Shown in pieces: positions 19,941 to 29,087 of a stretch of DNA of 64,000 nt; positions within the stretch are counted from its first letter, which is position 1; each line of letters starts with the position of its first letter. The notes under the pieces were generated by a model, which was not told the origin of the DNA, made no database searches, and saw nothing but the letters and a program-made list of their open reading frames with translations. This stretch comes from Syntrophaceae bacterium. Its GTDB lineage: Bacteria > Desulfobacterota > Syntrophia > Syntrophales > Smithellaceae. A program made the position numbers and the translations under genes. The stretch covers positions 88,288-152,287 of the forward strand of contig JAHDKI010000017.1 of assembly GCA_018436925.1 (NCBI GenBank), read 5' to 3'.

Positions 19941-19987
19941 GACCTATCAAATAATGTATGGCAATACAAGGCGCAAATGGTCTCAAA

Positions 19988-20422
19988 TCAGGCAAACGTG
20001 TTGATATTATTGCCCAGGTTCAAATCCGGAAGCTCTTGTTTGGGCGTAAAATGGGTTTCGGTTTTGCCGCCCGCCACATAGATGCGCCCGCATTCGGGGC
20101 AGACACCGTAGGAAATCGTGACGGTGGAATGCGCGACCAGGCCTTCGCGCTGCGCTTTTTCGCGATTGTGGACGACGTGTTCATATTCGTGCGCCGCCAC
20201 GGCCAACGCCGCTTCGCCGGGAGACAGTTTGGTGGGTGTTTGAAAAGAGACGGAAGAATCGCTGGATTGATCGACATAGCGGCGCGCCGCGCAGGTTTTG
20301 CATTCCTTCGGATGGAGCTCGGGCTTATCCGGCGGCGTCGCGGCGGAGACCCCCTGAGCCGGTGCGGCGGCTGCGGCGGGAAAATAATTATATCCGCTAT
20401 GTCCAATCGGTGAAACGGCCAT
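19988..20422 (-). CDS. SprA-related putative metalloprotease-like protein (HExxH)
   Basis: 144 aa. CKTC...YVDQSSDSSVSFQTP...AAHEYEHV...CPECG...GG. The family assignment is from memory of this motif pattern. Confidence 0.55.
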   Translation of the reverse strand: MAVSPIGHSGYNYFPAAAAAPAQGVSAATPPDKPELHPKECKTCAARRYVDQSSDSSVSFQTPTKLSPGEAALAVAAHEYEHVVHNREKAQREGLVAHSTVTISYGVCPECGRIYVAGGKTETHFTPKQELPDLNLGNNINTFA

Positions 20423-20533
20423 AATCCACCCTGTCTGTGCTGATCTCCTTCTGCACTAGTTCTGCATTAAGCAGTATCGGCTTTTTTCATCAGAAACTCA
20501 AATGCGCCGTGAAAAGGAGGAGGCGGCGATCGG

Positions 20534-21727
20534 CTAGTGCGCTTTGCAGTCCGGCATGGCGCATTTAACGATGTCTCCGGGATGCTTGGTCAGACAGTAT
20601 TTCTGGGCCAGGCCGGCATAGGTGCAGGAGGGCAGGATCAGAGGATTGATTTGCTGATCGTCGTGTCCCCTCTGGTATCCTTTTGACGCCCGGTCAAAGG
20701 CTTCAGGCAGTGTCAGCGAGGAATCGGTATCGAGCAGATAAACGGCATGCAGGGCTCCTGTGCGGTCGGCGCCCTGCATGCAGTGGAAGTAGATCAATCG
20801 CTTGGATTTGCCGGATTCCGGAGACGGCGCGCCGGCCAGCAGCGCGCTCAGATGTCCCGGCAGATCGTTGAATTTGAAGTTTATCAACCCGATTTGCGTA
20901 TCCGTGTCGTTGCAGGGGGTTGTGCCGCAGGCGTATATCGGCCACCAGATCAACCCCCAGGGGCGCTGTCCGGACGGCAAGACGGTTGCAAAGACCTGTT
21001 CGGGATCCCATGCGCAGCTGTTATTGTAAGGCGGCCACTCGCTGCCGCAGGGAATGGACGCCAGGCCGAAGGCGTTCATTTCGGCGGTGAACTGATTGCG
21101 GTCGCTTTGGTTGTCGATGAGCGTGACGTCAATAATTTCGTAGTCATCCAAATTGAAGTCGCCCAGCAGGGTTTTCATCTTCGCGTCGATTGAGGCGTAG
21201 GCGAAAGTGCGATCCAAAATGGGCAGACAGGTATCCGAGGCGTCGTTGGTGATCATCGGCAGATTGCCGCGTACCAGCAGGTTGCCGTTTTCGTGCGTAT
21301 CGACGAGCGCGAGCCTTGCCGGGTCGAACTGAGTGCAGCGGTAACCGGCCGCAATTCTAGCGGTTTGCGCGCCGTCGAAAGAAACGGCATAGGCGTTTGC
21401 ATTGAGCTCCTCGTGACCTGCGGTTTGAAATACGGCGACAAGTAAAACCACGCTCGACGGAACGTTCACCAACGTATGCGTGGAAGAAAGATCTTTTGCC
21501 GGCGAGTCGTAAACACGATGGCCGGCGGCGTCGTAGCCGATGTAGTGCAGGTGGTCGACGCCTGCGGGGATGTCGGATAGAACATGATGAATCGTCACCA
21601 CGCCTCCGGCCGACGAAATCCGTTCATCGTTCGCGCTGCAACCCGGAAGCGCGCCGGTCAGGGCCGATAAACAAACCAGCAAATACAAAAAACGGACCGC
21701 CACAGCAAAAAGTTTATGTTTTGTCAC
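20534..21727 (-). CDS. lipoprotein with C-terminal Cys-based (PTP/dual-specificity-like) phosphatase domain
   Basis: Signal peptide plus lipobox LPGC. CX5R P-loop in IYFHCMQGADRTGALHAVYLL. Confidence 0.6.
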   Translation of the reverse strand: MTKHKLFAVAVRFLYLLVCLSALTGALPGCSANDERISSAGGVVTIHHVLSDIPAGVDHLHYIGYDAAGHRVYDSPAKDLSSTHTLVNVPSSVVLLVAVFQTAGHEELNANAYAVSFDGAQTARIAAGYRCTQFDPARLALVDTHENGNLLVRGNLPMITNDASDTCLPILDRTFAYASIDAKMKTLLGDFNLDDYEIIDVTLIDNQSDRNQFTAEMNAFGLASIPCGSEWPPYNNSCAWDPEQVFATVLPSGQRPWGLIWWPIYACGTTPCNDTDTQIGLINFKFNDLPGHLSALLAGAPSPESGKSKRLIYFHCMQGADRTGALHAVYLLDTDSSLTLPEAFDRASKGYQRGHDDQQINPLILPSCTYAGLAQKYCLTKHPGDIVKCAMPDCKAH

Positions 21728-21782
21728 AGCGAAGACTCCGGGACTGATAAAAAACCCGGGGATGCCCCCGGGTTTTCATCGT

Positions 21783-22862
21783 TTAGACCCATTTCAGAAA
21801 ATTTTTCACAAGATATTCCGCCGTTTGCAGCGCGCCTTTGGCCGCCCCCAGCTTGGTGTTGTGCGCCAGACAGACATACTTGATGCCGTTTTCCAGAATC
21901 GGATCCTTGCGGATGCGTCCCACGGTGACGGTCATGCCGCCGCCTTTGTCCCGGTCCATCCTCGGCTGCGGGCGGAACGGATCATCGGTCACGTCAATCA
22001 AATGAGGCGGAGAGCTGGGCAGATGGAGTTCCGCGAAGTCTTTGCCGTATTCCACCATCACTCTTTTGACGTCTTCGGGAGTGCAGGGTTTTTCGGTCTG
22101 CACGAAGGCGCACACCAGGTGGCCGTCGAGCACCGGCACGCGGGTACAGGTCGCGGTGATGCCGAACGGGGCGGAAACGATTTTATCCCCGGCCAGCCGG
22201 CCCAGAATTTTCTGCGGTTCGCTTTCCACTTTCGGCTCTTCGCCGGAAATATAGGGGACGACATTTTCGGTCATGTCCATAGCCGAAAGCCCCGGTGTCC
22301 GGCCGGCGCCCGACATGGCCTGCAGCGAGGTCGCCACCACCTGCTTAACGCCGAAGTTGTCCAGAATCGGTTTGAGCGACACGACCAGACCGGCGATTGT
22401 ACAGTTGGACTTGGGTGAAATAAAGCCTTTCCAACCGCGGTTTTTCTGCTGGATGGCCAGCAGCTCGGCGTGTTCCATGTTGACGCCGCCCACCAGAATC
22501 GGGGTGTCGGTTTCATAGCGAAAGGCCGAGGCGGTGCTGATCACGGGTGTGGTTTTGGCATACTTGGGTTCAAGTTCTTTGGCCGGGCCCGCGTCCATGG
22601 TTGAGAAAATGACGTCCACCGAAGTCGGATCGAAGGTTGACGCCTCTTCGACGACCATGCCGGCGATGTTTTCAGGCAGTTCTTCCGGACACCACCAGCG
22701 GATAGACCCGTTGGCGTCGCGAAGCGCGTCGATATATTTTTTATTCGCGGAGCGCTCGGACGCGACCAGTTTTGAAATTTCAAACCAGGGATGCCCCAGC
22801 AAACTGACAATCGCTTGCTGACCGACGATCCCGGTCGCCCCTACAATGGCAATTTTTAACAT
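21783..22862 (-). CDS. asd: aspartate-semialdehyde dehydrogenase
   Basis: IVGATGIVGQ NAD(P)-binding motif, active-site Cys in KSNCTIAG, and C-terminal LAHNTKLGAAKGA. Confidence 0.9.
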   Translation of the reverse strand: MLKIAIVGATGIVGQQAIVSLLGHPWFEISKLVASERSANKKYIDALRDANGSIRWWCPEELPENIAGMVVEEASTFDPTSVDVIFSTMDAGPAKELEPKYAKTTPVISTASAFRYETDTPILVGGVNMEHAELLAIQQKNRGWKGFISPKSNCTIAGLVVSLKPILDNFGVKQVVATSLQAMSGAGRTPGLSAMDMTENVVPYISGEEPKVESEPQKILGRLAGDKIVSAPFGITATCTRVPVLDGHLVCAFVQTEKPCTPEDVKRVMVEYGKDFAELHLPSSPPHLIDVTDDPFRPQPRMDRDKGGGMTVTVGRIRKDPILENGIKYVCLAHNTKLGAAKGALQTAEYLVKNFLKWV

Positions 22863-22877
22863 AAATCTCCTCCAGGT

Positions 22878-23807
22878 TTATTGGGTTGAAAGGATGGTTT
22901 TTGTTCTTTCCACATCCGCCGCGATCTGGCGCTTTAAGCTTTCCGGGCCGTCGAACTTGACGATGTCCCGAAGCTTCTCCACAAACAGCACGTTGATTTT
23001 ATGTCCGCGCAGGTTTCCTTCATAATTGAGCAAAAAGACTTCCAGTGTCGAGGTGTAATCCTCAAAGGTCGGCTTCGCGCCGATGTTGAGCGCCGCGGCG
23101 TAACGCGCCCGGTCGGTGTCTACGAAGGCCGCGTAAATGCCCGGCGGAGGCAGAAGCTCTTTTTCAGGATCGACATTCGCGGTGGGGTAGCCCAGGCCCG
23201 CCCCGCGGCCGGCGCCGCTGGTCACCGGCCCCGCGACATTATAGTAGCGGCCCAGAAACTTGGCTGCGGCAGGCAGGTTGCCGGCCAGAATGAAGTTGCG
23301 GATCAGCGTGCTGCTGACAATCTGATCGTCGATTTTGAACGCTTCAATCACCTCCACGGCAAAACCGAGTTTTCTGCCGTGTTTTTTCAGAAAGGCGTCA
23401 TTGCCTTGTCTGGCCTGTCCGAAAACATAATCATGTCCGATGATAATCTTCGTGATAGCCAGCTGTTTCCATAAAAAGTCGCATACGAACTGCTCGGCGG
23501 TTGTTTTGGAATACGCCTCGTCGAAGGTGATGACCACCGTCGCATCCACTCCGCATTCTTCCAGAAGAGCCATCTTTTCGTTGCGCGTCGTGATCAGGTA
23601 GAAAGGATGGATATTCGGGTGCAGGATCATTTTGGGATGCGGGTCGAAGGTGATGACCAGCGATTTTTTTCCGGCTTTTTTGGCCTCGGCGGCCAGCTTT
23701 CGGCAAATGTGCTGATGGCTCAAATGCACGCCGTCGAAATTGCCGATCGTGACCAGAGCATTTCGGAAATCTTGAGTAATTTTTTCGACCCCTTCAAATA
23801 TCAACAT
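22878..23807 (-). CDS. ribF: bifunctional riboflavin kinase / FMN adenylyltransferase
   Basis: IGNFDGVHLSHQ adenylyltransferase motif and GYPTANV kinase motif. ATG 23807 (MLIFEG) is preferred over the track start 23867. Confidence 0.9.
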   Translation of the reverse strand: MLIFEGVEKITQDFRNALVTIGNFDGVHLSHQHICRKLAAEAKKAGKKSLVITFDPHPKMILHPNIHPFYLITTRNEKMALLEECGVDATVVITFDEAYSKTTAEQFVCDFLWKQLAITKIIIGHDYVFGQARQGNDAFLKKHGRKLGFAVEVIEAFKIDDQIVSSTLIRNFILAGNLPAAAKFLGRYYNVAGPVTSGAGRGAGLGYPTANVDPEKELLPPPGIYAAFVDTDRARYAAALNIGAKPTFEDYTSTLEVFLLNYEGNLRGHKINVLFVEKLRDIVKFDGPESLKRQIAADVERTKTILSTQ

Positions 23808-23879
23808 ACCATCTTCCACTTTCAAGAAATCAGCTCGAAACCATAACATGTTAACCGTGAAATTCAAGTGGATTTTGTC

Positions 23880-23907
23880 TTGACAAGACCTGCGGGTTCG
23901 GTATAGT
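23880..23907 (+). promoter_or_regulatory. sigma-70 promoter candidate for tRNA-Leu
   Basis: TTGACA-16 nt-TATAGT ends 13 nt before the tRNA 5' end. Confidence 0.5.
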
Positions 23908-23920
23908 GCACATCTCGCGT

Positions 23921-24007
23921 GCCGAAGTGGCGGAATTGGTAGACGCGCTAGGTTCAGGGTCTAGTGGGCGTACGCCTGTCCGAGTTCAAATCTCGGCTTC
24001 GGCACCA
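23921..24007 (+). tRNA. tRNA-Leu (anticodon CAG), CCA encoded
   Basis: Manual cloverleaf fold. Acceptor GCCGAAG/CTTCGGC, anticodon stem CTAGG/TCTAG with loop TTCAGGG, a long variable arm, and T arm CCGAG-TTCAAAT-CTCGG. Confidence 0.95.
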
Positions 24008-24115
24008 TTTTTCTTCGTTTTTTTTCAAAGACAGATTTTTATTCACGCAAAACAGGCGACACAAAGGTCATGCGTTCTTGGTCCTTAACGTAAGTGCGAA
24101 GGAGGCAACGGCAAT

Positions 24116-24691
24116 ATGAGCGCGCTGGAAATTGTCTACGTTGGATGTTTTATTCTGGGCCTGGCCTATGCCATCATCTCCACGATTCTGGGGGGCGGCT
24201 TTTCCGGCGACGCGGATGCGGGACTCGATGCGGCCCATGATGTGACCGGGCATGTCGATACCGATCCGGACGCATCGGCCGGGTCGTTGCATTTTTCACC
24301 GCTCAGCCCCGTGGTCATCGCCATGTTCGTTACGGCATTCGGCGCCACCGGCATGATCTGTCTGAAGGCCTTCAAGACGTCCGCCATTGTCAGTTTGCCG
24401 ATAGCCGTCGCCGCGGGAGTGGGCGTCGCGGCGCTGACCTTTTATCTTTTTGTTTTAATGTTCAGCAAAACGCAAGGCAGCAGCGAATCTCAGGTTGCAA
24501 ATCTGATCGGTCGGGAAGCCGAGGTGATTACCCCGATTCCTGCCGAAGGGGTCGGCGAAATTGCTTATGTGTCCCGTGGATCGCGTTACACGGCGCCCGC
24601 CCGCTCGCTTCAAAACCATGACATTAAAGCGCGCGTGATCGTCCGGATCGCCAAGATCGTCGGAAGCACGTTTTTTGTCGAGCCCTCGTAA
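24116..24691 (+). CDS. NfeD-family membrane protein
   Basis: GAAGGAGG RBS. N-terminal TM helices and a C-terminal soluble beta-domain. Located immediately upstream of the flotillin gene. Confidence 0.75.
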   Translation: MSALEIVYVGCFILGLAYAIISTILGGGFSGDADAGLDAAHDVTGHVDTDPDASAGSLHFSPLSPVVIAMFVTAFGATGMICLKAFKTSAIVSLPIAVAAGVGVAALTFYLFVLMFSKTQGSSESQVANLIGREAEVITPIPAEGVGEIAYVSRGSRYTAPARSLQNHDIKARVIVRIAKIVGSTFFVEPS

Positions 24692-24745
24692 AAGCAGGAT
24701 AAATAGCCGCTTGTTATTGGATCGAATGATCGAAAGGAGTTGAGT

Positions 24746-26194
24746 ATGGGCTACAGCGTGGAATATAGCTGGATTGCATTTGGCGCGGTTGCCGTTGTCG
24801 TGGTTTTGCTGCTGCTTTTGAAAATGTATTCCAACCGCTACACCAAGGTCGGTCCCAATGAAGTTCTGGTTGTATCCGGTTTAAGCCGGATGATGGCCGA
24901 CGGGCAGAAAATCGGCTTCCGCCTGGTGAAGGGCGGCGGAACCTTTGTCTGGCCGATTTTCGAGAAAGTTGATTTTCTGTCTCTGGAACTCATGACGCTT
25001 GATGTGCGGCTTAAAGAGGTCTACACGATCACCGGCGTATCGATCAACATCGACGGCGTGGCCCAGGTGAAGATCAAGGGCGAGGATGAAGCCATCCGCA
25101 CGGCGGCTGAACGATTTCTGGGCCGGACCGAAGAGCAGATCAAGAATATCGCCCTGCAAACGGTGGAAGGCCACCTGCGGGCGATTGTCGGCACGTTGAC
25201 CGTTGAAGAAATCTATAAAAATCGAGATGTTTTTGCCCAGAAGGTGCAGGAAGTGTCGGCGGGCGACCTGGCCAATATGGGATTGGGCATCGATTCGTTC
25301 ACCGTCCGAGACATCAAAGACGATCACGGTTATCTGGATGCATTGGGCAAACCGCGCATCGCCCAGGTCAAGCGTGACGCGCAAATCGCCCAGGCCGAAG
25401 CGGACCGGGACGCGCTCATCCGCAGTTCGCAGGCGAATCAGGCGGGTCAGGAAGCAAAATTCGAGGCCGACACCAAAATCGCCGAAGCGAATCAAAACTT
25501 CGAGGTGAAGCGGGCCGCATATCAGATTAACATCAACCAGAAGAAAGCCGAGTCCGACCTGGCCTATGACCTTCAGAAATATAAGACCAACCAGTCGGTG
25601 AAGGCGGAAGAAATTCAGGTCATGGTTGTGGAAAAAGAGCGCATGATTTCCGTTCAGGAAAAAGAAATATCCCGCAAGCAAAAAGAACTGGAAGCGACCA
25701 TCAACAAGCCGGCCGATGCGGAAAAATACAAAATTGAAACATTGGCCAACGCACAGCGCTACAAAACCATGACGGAAGCCGAAGGCCAGGCCAACGCGAC
25801 CAAAAGCATCGGGATCGGCGAGGCTGAAGCCAACCGGGCCCGCGGTCTGGCGCAGGCCAACGTCATTCAGGCCACCGGGACGTCAGAAGCCGAAGCGATG
25901 GCGAAAAAAGCGGAATCCTGGAAAGCTTACAACCAGGCCGCCGTGACGCAGCTGATCATCGAAAAGCTGCCGGAGCTGGCCCGCGCCATTGCCGAACCTT
26001 TGTCGAAAACCGAGAAGATTATCGTGGTCAACGCGGGCGGCGAGTCCGCCGGCGCTTCCAAGGTGACCAAGGACGTCACCAATATCATCGCGCAGCTGCC
26101 GCCGGTGATCGAAGCCTTAAGCGGCATAAAAATCGAAGATCTGGTCGCCAAGCTGCCCAAAATTACCACGACGGATTCCGGCGAAAAAAAATAG
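24746..26194 (+). CDS. flotillin (SPFH/band-7 family) protein
   Basis: N-terminal TM helix, SPFH core, and a long Ala/Glu/Gln-rich coiled-coil flotillin region. ATG 24746 follows AAAGGAG. Confidence 0.9.
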   Translation: MGYSVEYSWIAFGAVAVVVVLLLLLKMYSNRYTKVGPNEVLVVSGLSRMMADGQKIGFRLVKGGGTFVWPIFEKVDFLSLELMTLDVRLKEVYTITGVSINIDGVAQVKIKGEDEAIRTAAERFLGRTEEQIKNIALQTVEGHLRAIVGTLTVEEIYKNRDVFAQKVQEVSAGDLANMGLGIDSFTVRDIKDDHGYLDALGKPRIAQVKRDAQIAQAEADRDALIRSSQANQAGQEAKFEADTKIAEANQNFEVKRAAYQININQKKAESDLAYDLQKYKTNQSVKAEEIQVMVVEKERMISVQEKEISRKQKELEATINKPADAEKYKIETLANAQRYKTMTEAEGQANATKSIGIGEAEANRARGLAQANVIQATGTSEAEAMAKKAESWKAYNQAAVTQLIIEKLPELARAIAEPLSKTEKIIVVNAGGESAGASKVTKDVTNIIAQLPPVIEALSGIKIEDLVAKLPKITTTDSGEKK

Positions 26195-26217
26195 CAGATC
26201 AGATCGACCTTCTCAGT

Positions 26218-26261
26218 CCCGTCGGCTGAATCCTAAATAGGTTCAGCCGACGGGATTTTTT
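26218..26261 (+). terminator. rho-independent terminator after flotillin
   Basis: 13-bp perfect stem CCCGTCGGCTGAA / TTCAGCCGACGGG, an 11-nt loop, then ATTTTTT. Confidence 0.8.
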
Positions 26262-26399
26262 GTGCGAGCGTCCGGATTCTATGGCGGCCGGTAATATCGT
26301 TCGTTACGGAAATGATTTTTCCTGCGATGGTGCCCCAACGGCAATTTTTTTGAATGGCCTCAGGTCGGCGTTCCGGATAGTGTTCCGGATGAAAAAGGG

Positions 26400-27725
26400 T
26401 CAGGCGCACAGTCGCCTGAGGATCTCGCGCGTCATAGCGATGCCGAAATGCAGATTGTCGATGGAGATGCGCTCGTCAATGCCGTGCACGCGTCCCATGT
26501 CGGATTTGTCCAGAATCATCGGTGTGAATCCATAGGCCGGATAGCCGCGCTCCCGCCAGTATCGTCCGTCGGTGGCGCCGGCCATCAGAAGCGGCAAGAC
26601 GCCCGCCCCGAAAGACAGGGCATGAACCGTCTCTTCAATCGCGCGATAAAACGCGCTGTCCGTCGGCGCGATGCCCGAAGGCGGCGAGCTTTGAATTTTC
26701 TCCAGCTGGATTCGCTTGTCGTTGATGCGCGACAGCAGCCAATTTTCAAATTCACCCGCGTCCGTTTCCGGAAGCAGACGGCAATCGAGTTCGGCGCAGG
26801 CGCGCTCCGGAATCACATTAATCTGATAGCCGGCCCGTACGATGTTAACGCTGACGGTGTCGCGCAGAAGCGCGTTTGTGAATTTGTCGGAGGACAGTTT
26901 TTTGCCGGCCAGGGCCAGCACAAGGGGGTTGGCCAAATGCTTGAGCAGCCAGGACGCGGGAAAGGGCTGCGCCGGCGCGATGGCGGAAAACATTTGCTTA
27001 GCGGCCCTGCCTGCTTTGAGCGGCCGGGGATCGGACACGATCCGTCCCAGCGCCGCAAGCAAGGTTTCCGAGGCGCTGTCTTTGTGCGGCATGGATCCGT
27101 GCCCCGGCGCGCCGGTTGCGGTGAGCCGGACCCGGTAAATCTGTTTTTCAGCCACGGCCACGGCAAAAAGAAGCGCGTCCCCAAAAACGCCCCGGTAGGC
27201 GCCTGTGCCTTCATCCCAAACCCATTCGGGATCGATATCGTTTAAATGTCGCTCCACCAGCCAGCGCATCCCGTGATCGCCGCCCGGCTCCTCGTCCGGC
27301 ACGGCGGTGAAGAGAATCGGACGGCGAAACCGGACGCCCTCTTTGAGCAGCGATTCCAGCGCGAACAAAAACATCACTCCCAGGCCTTTGGTGTCCAGCG
27401 CTCCCCGTCCCCAGACATAGCCGTCGGCGATGTGTCCGGCAAAGGGGGGATACGTCCATTTTGCAGGGTCGGCGGCAACGACATCGATATGGTGATTGAT
27501 CATGAGCGGCTTTAAGGGTTCGTGGCCGGCAATTCCGGCCACGACCAGTCCCCGCCCCGGCACAGGCTCATGGATTTGAATGTCGGAGGTGATGCCCCGG
27601 CCGGCCAATTGATCGGCCAACCACTTGGCGGCCGAAAGCTCATTTCCGGGCGGATTGGTCGTATCGAATTGAATGTAGCGGCTAAGGGCCAACGCCGGAT
27701 CGTCCGTCATGCTTTGATTTTTCAT
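26400..27725 (-). CDS. M20-family metallopeptidase / amidohydrolase (ArgE/DapE/ACY1-like)
   Basis: Metal-ligand motifs NHHIDVV, GRGALDTKG and VPDEEPGG. True start is MKNQSMTDD at 27725; the track's 110-codon extension overlaps the MFS gene. Confidence 0.85.
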   Translation of the reverse strand: MKNQSMTDDPALALSRYIQFDTTNPPGNELSAAKWLADQLAGRGITSDIQIHEPVPGRGLVVAGIAGHEPLKPLMINHHIDVVAADPAKWTYPPFAGHIADGYVWGRGALDTKGLGVMFLFALESLLKEGVRFRRPILFTAVPDEEPGGDHGMRWLVERHLNDIDPEWVWDEGTGAYRGVFGDALLFAVAVAEKQIYRVRLTATGAPGHGSMPHKDSASETLLAALGRIVSDPRPLKAGRAAKQMFSAIAPAQPFPASWLLKHLANPLVLALAGKKLSSDKFTNALLRDTVSVNIVRAGYQINVIPERACAELDCRLLPETDAGEFENWLLSRINDKRIQLEKIQSSPPSGIAPTDSAFYRAIEETVHALSFGAGVLPLLMAGATDGRYWRERGYPAYGFTPMILDKSDMGRVHGIDERISIDNLHFGIAMTREILRRLCA

Positions 27726-27753
27726 CGGTCCACCCTGAAATGTCGAAACGGTT

Positions 27754-29061
27754 TCATTCCTCCAGAATGGTTTCGTCCTTAACCTTCTGCAGATCCTGAG
27801 GATAGGTTCGGGAAGCCACAAAGAAAAGAACACCCGCCGCCACGCCGAAAAGACCGCAAAGCATGACGGCCGTGCCCAAACCGTCCGCGCCGCCGCCCAG
27901 CCAATCCGATAAAACGCCGACAGCGTAAGGTCCCCAGGCGCCGCCCAGCATGTATTGGGCGAAGATGGCCAGGCCCATGGACAGCCCCTTGTGGGCGACC
28001 GGAACGACATCCTGTGAAATCGCGGCGATCGCCGGCATGGCCATGGCCGCTGCAATGCCGTACAGACAGGCCAGGGCGATACCCACCGGGCTGAAACGGG
28101 TGAGAATAACGATCATCAGAAGCAGGCCGCCTGCGATATAGGCCACAACCGGCACATACATCCGGCCGCGCGGATTCTTTCTTTGCCAAAAGTCCGCAAG
28201 GAAGCCGCCGACCGGCGCGCCGATGATCGCCATGAGCCCGATGCCGCCGGTGATCAGACCGGCTGTGGCTTCAGAAATGTTCATCATCCGCATCATTAAG
28301 GAGGGCAGCCAGACCAATACAGAGGCGGTCATGAAAACGGCAATGCCCAGACCGAAATAATACCAGCGCATAGTGGGCAATTTTAAAACGCTGGTAAAGG
28401 CCGCAACGAACTGCCGGATGCCGCCGGTTGCGTGCGGGGCGTCGGCCGTTTTGTAATCTTTCATGAAGAAGGCCAGGATTCCCAGAAGCACACCCGGAAT
28501 GGCAAAGAATAAGAAAGGCGCCCGCCAGCCGTATTTGACGGATATCAGGCCGCCGAAGATGACGCCCGCGGCCGCGCCCAGCGGAATAGCCATATTGAAG
28601 ATACCCATGGCCCAACCGCGTTTTTCTTTGGGGTAGGAGGCACAGATGATGGCGGTTCCACCGGGCACAAATCCCGCTTCGCCCAATCCGACGAAGAACC
28701 TTGGAAACAAAACGCTCAAAAAGTTTCTGGCCATGCCTGTGGCAAAGGTTGCGGCGCTCCAGAAAAGCGCCATCAGCGAGATCGCCTTGCGCCGGCTCCA
28801 GCGGTCCACCAGATAGGACACCGGAAAAGAAAAAAAGGCCATGCCGACAATGAGCACCGTTGAGGCAAGACCGCATTGCGCATCCGTCAGCCCCAGGTCG
28901 ATTTTCATTGGCTGCAAAATCACCGAAAAGACCTGCCGATCCATGTAATTGACGATGTACAGCAGCGTGCAGACGATCAGCGTATAGTGGGCGCGCCACC
29001 CGGCGGTTTTATCGTTTCCCGCCGTCCGGGGCGCTTTCTGCGAAGGGTTGGAGTGAGCCAT
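27754..29061 (-). CDS. MFS transporter (anion:cation symporter / phthalate-permease-like)
   Basis: About 12 hydrophobic helices and MFS motif A in LVDRWSRRKA. Confidence 0.9.
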   Translation of the reverse strand: MAHSNPSQKAPRTAGNDKTAGWRAHYTLIVCTLLYIVNYMDRQVFSVILQPMKIDLGLTDAQCGLASTVLIVGMAFFSFPVSYLVDRWSRRKAISLMALFWSAATFATGMARNFLSVLFPRFFVGLGEAGFVPGGTAIICASYPKEKRGWAMGIFNMAIPLGAAAGVIFGGLISVKYGWRAPFLFFAIPGVLLGILAFFMKDYKTADAPHATGGIRQFVAAFTSVLKLPTMRWYYFGLGIAVFMTASVLVWLPSLMMRMMNISEATAGLITGGIGLMAIIGAPVGGFLADFWQRKNPRGRMYVPVVAYIAGGLLLMIVILTRFSPVGIALACLYGIAAAMAMPAIAAISQDVVPVAHKGLSMGLAIFAQYMLGGAWGPYAVGVLSDWLGGGADGLGTAVMLCGLFGVAAGVLFFVASRTYPQDLQKVKDETILEE

Positions 29062-29087
29062 CGTGTCGGTCTTTCTGAAAAAGTCTT

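Noticed and set aside
23906-24088. 60-aa ORF overlapping tRNA-Leu
   Set aside because: The region folds into a canonical class II tRNA, so the ORF is incidental.
24881-25681. 266-aa minus-strand ORF inside the flotillin gene (similar cases: 6665..7426, 7581..8255, 8734..9357, 38038..38859, 58655..59410, 59648..60226)
   Set aside because: All are antisense or off-frame to genes with strong family signatures, so they are treated as shadow ORFs.
26371-26390. Direct repeat TTCCGGAT-N4-TTCCGGAT downstream of the M20 gene
   Set aside because: It is short and single-copy, with no associated promoter or regulator, and could arise by chance.
27726-28055. 110-codon N-terminal extension of the M20 peptidase ORF (and the similar extensions of metG 7430..7588, ispA 18351..18413, ispH 12916..12987, SDR 50678..50755)
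   Set aside because: The extensions overlap the coding region of the upstream gene, lack protein-like sequence, and internal ATGs coincide with the conserved family N-termini and/or SD sequences.
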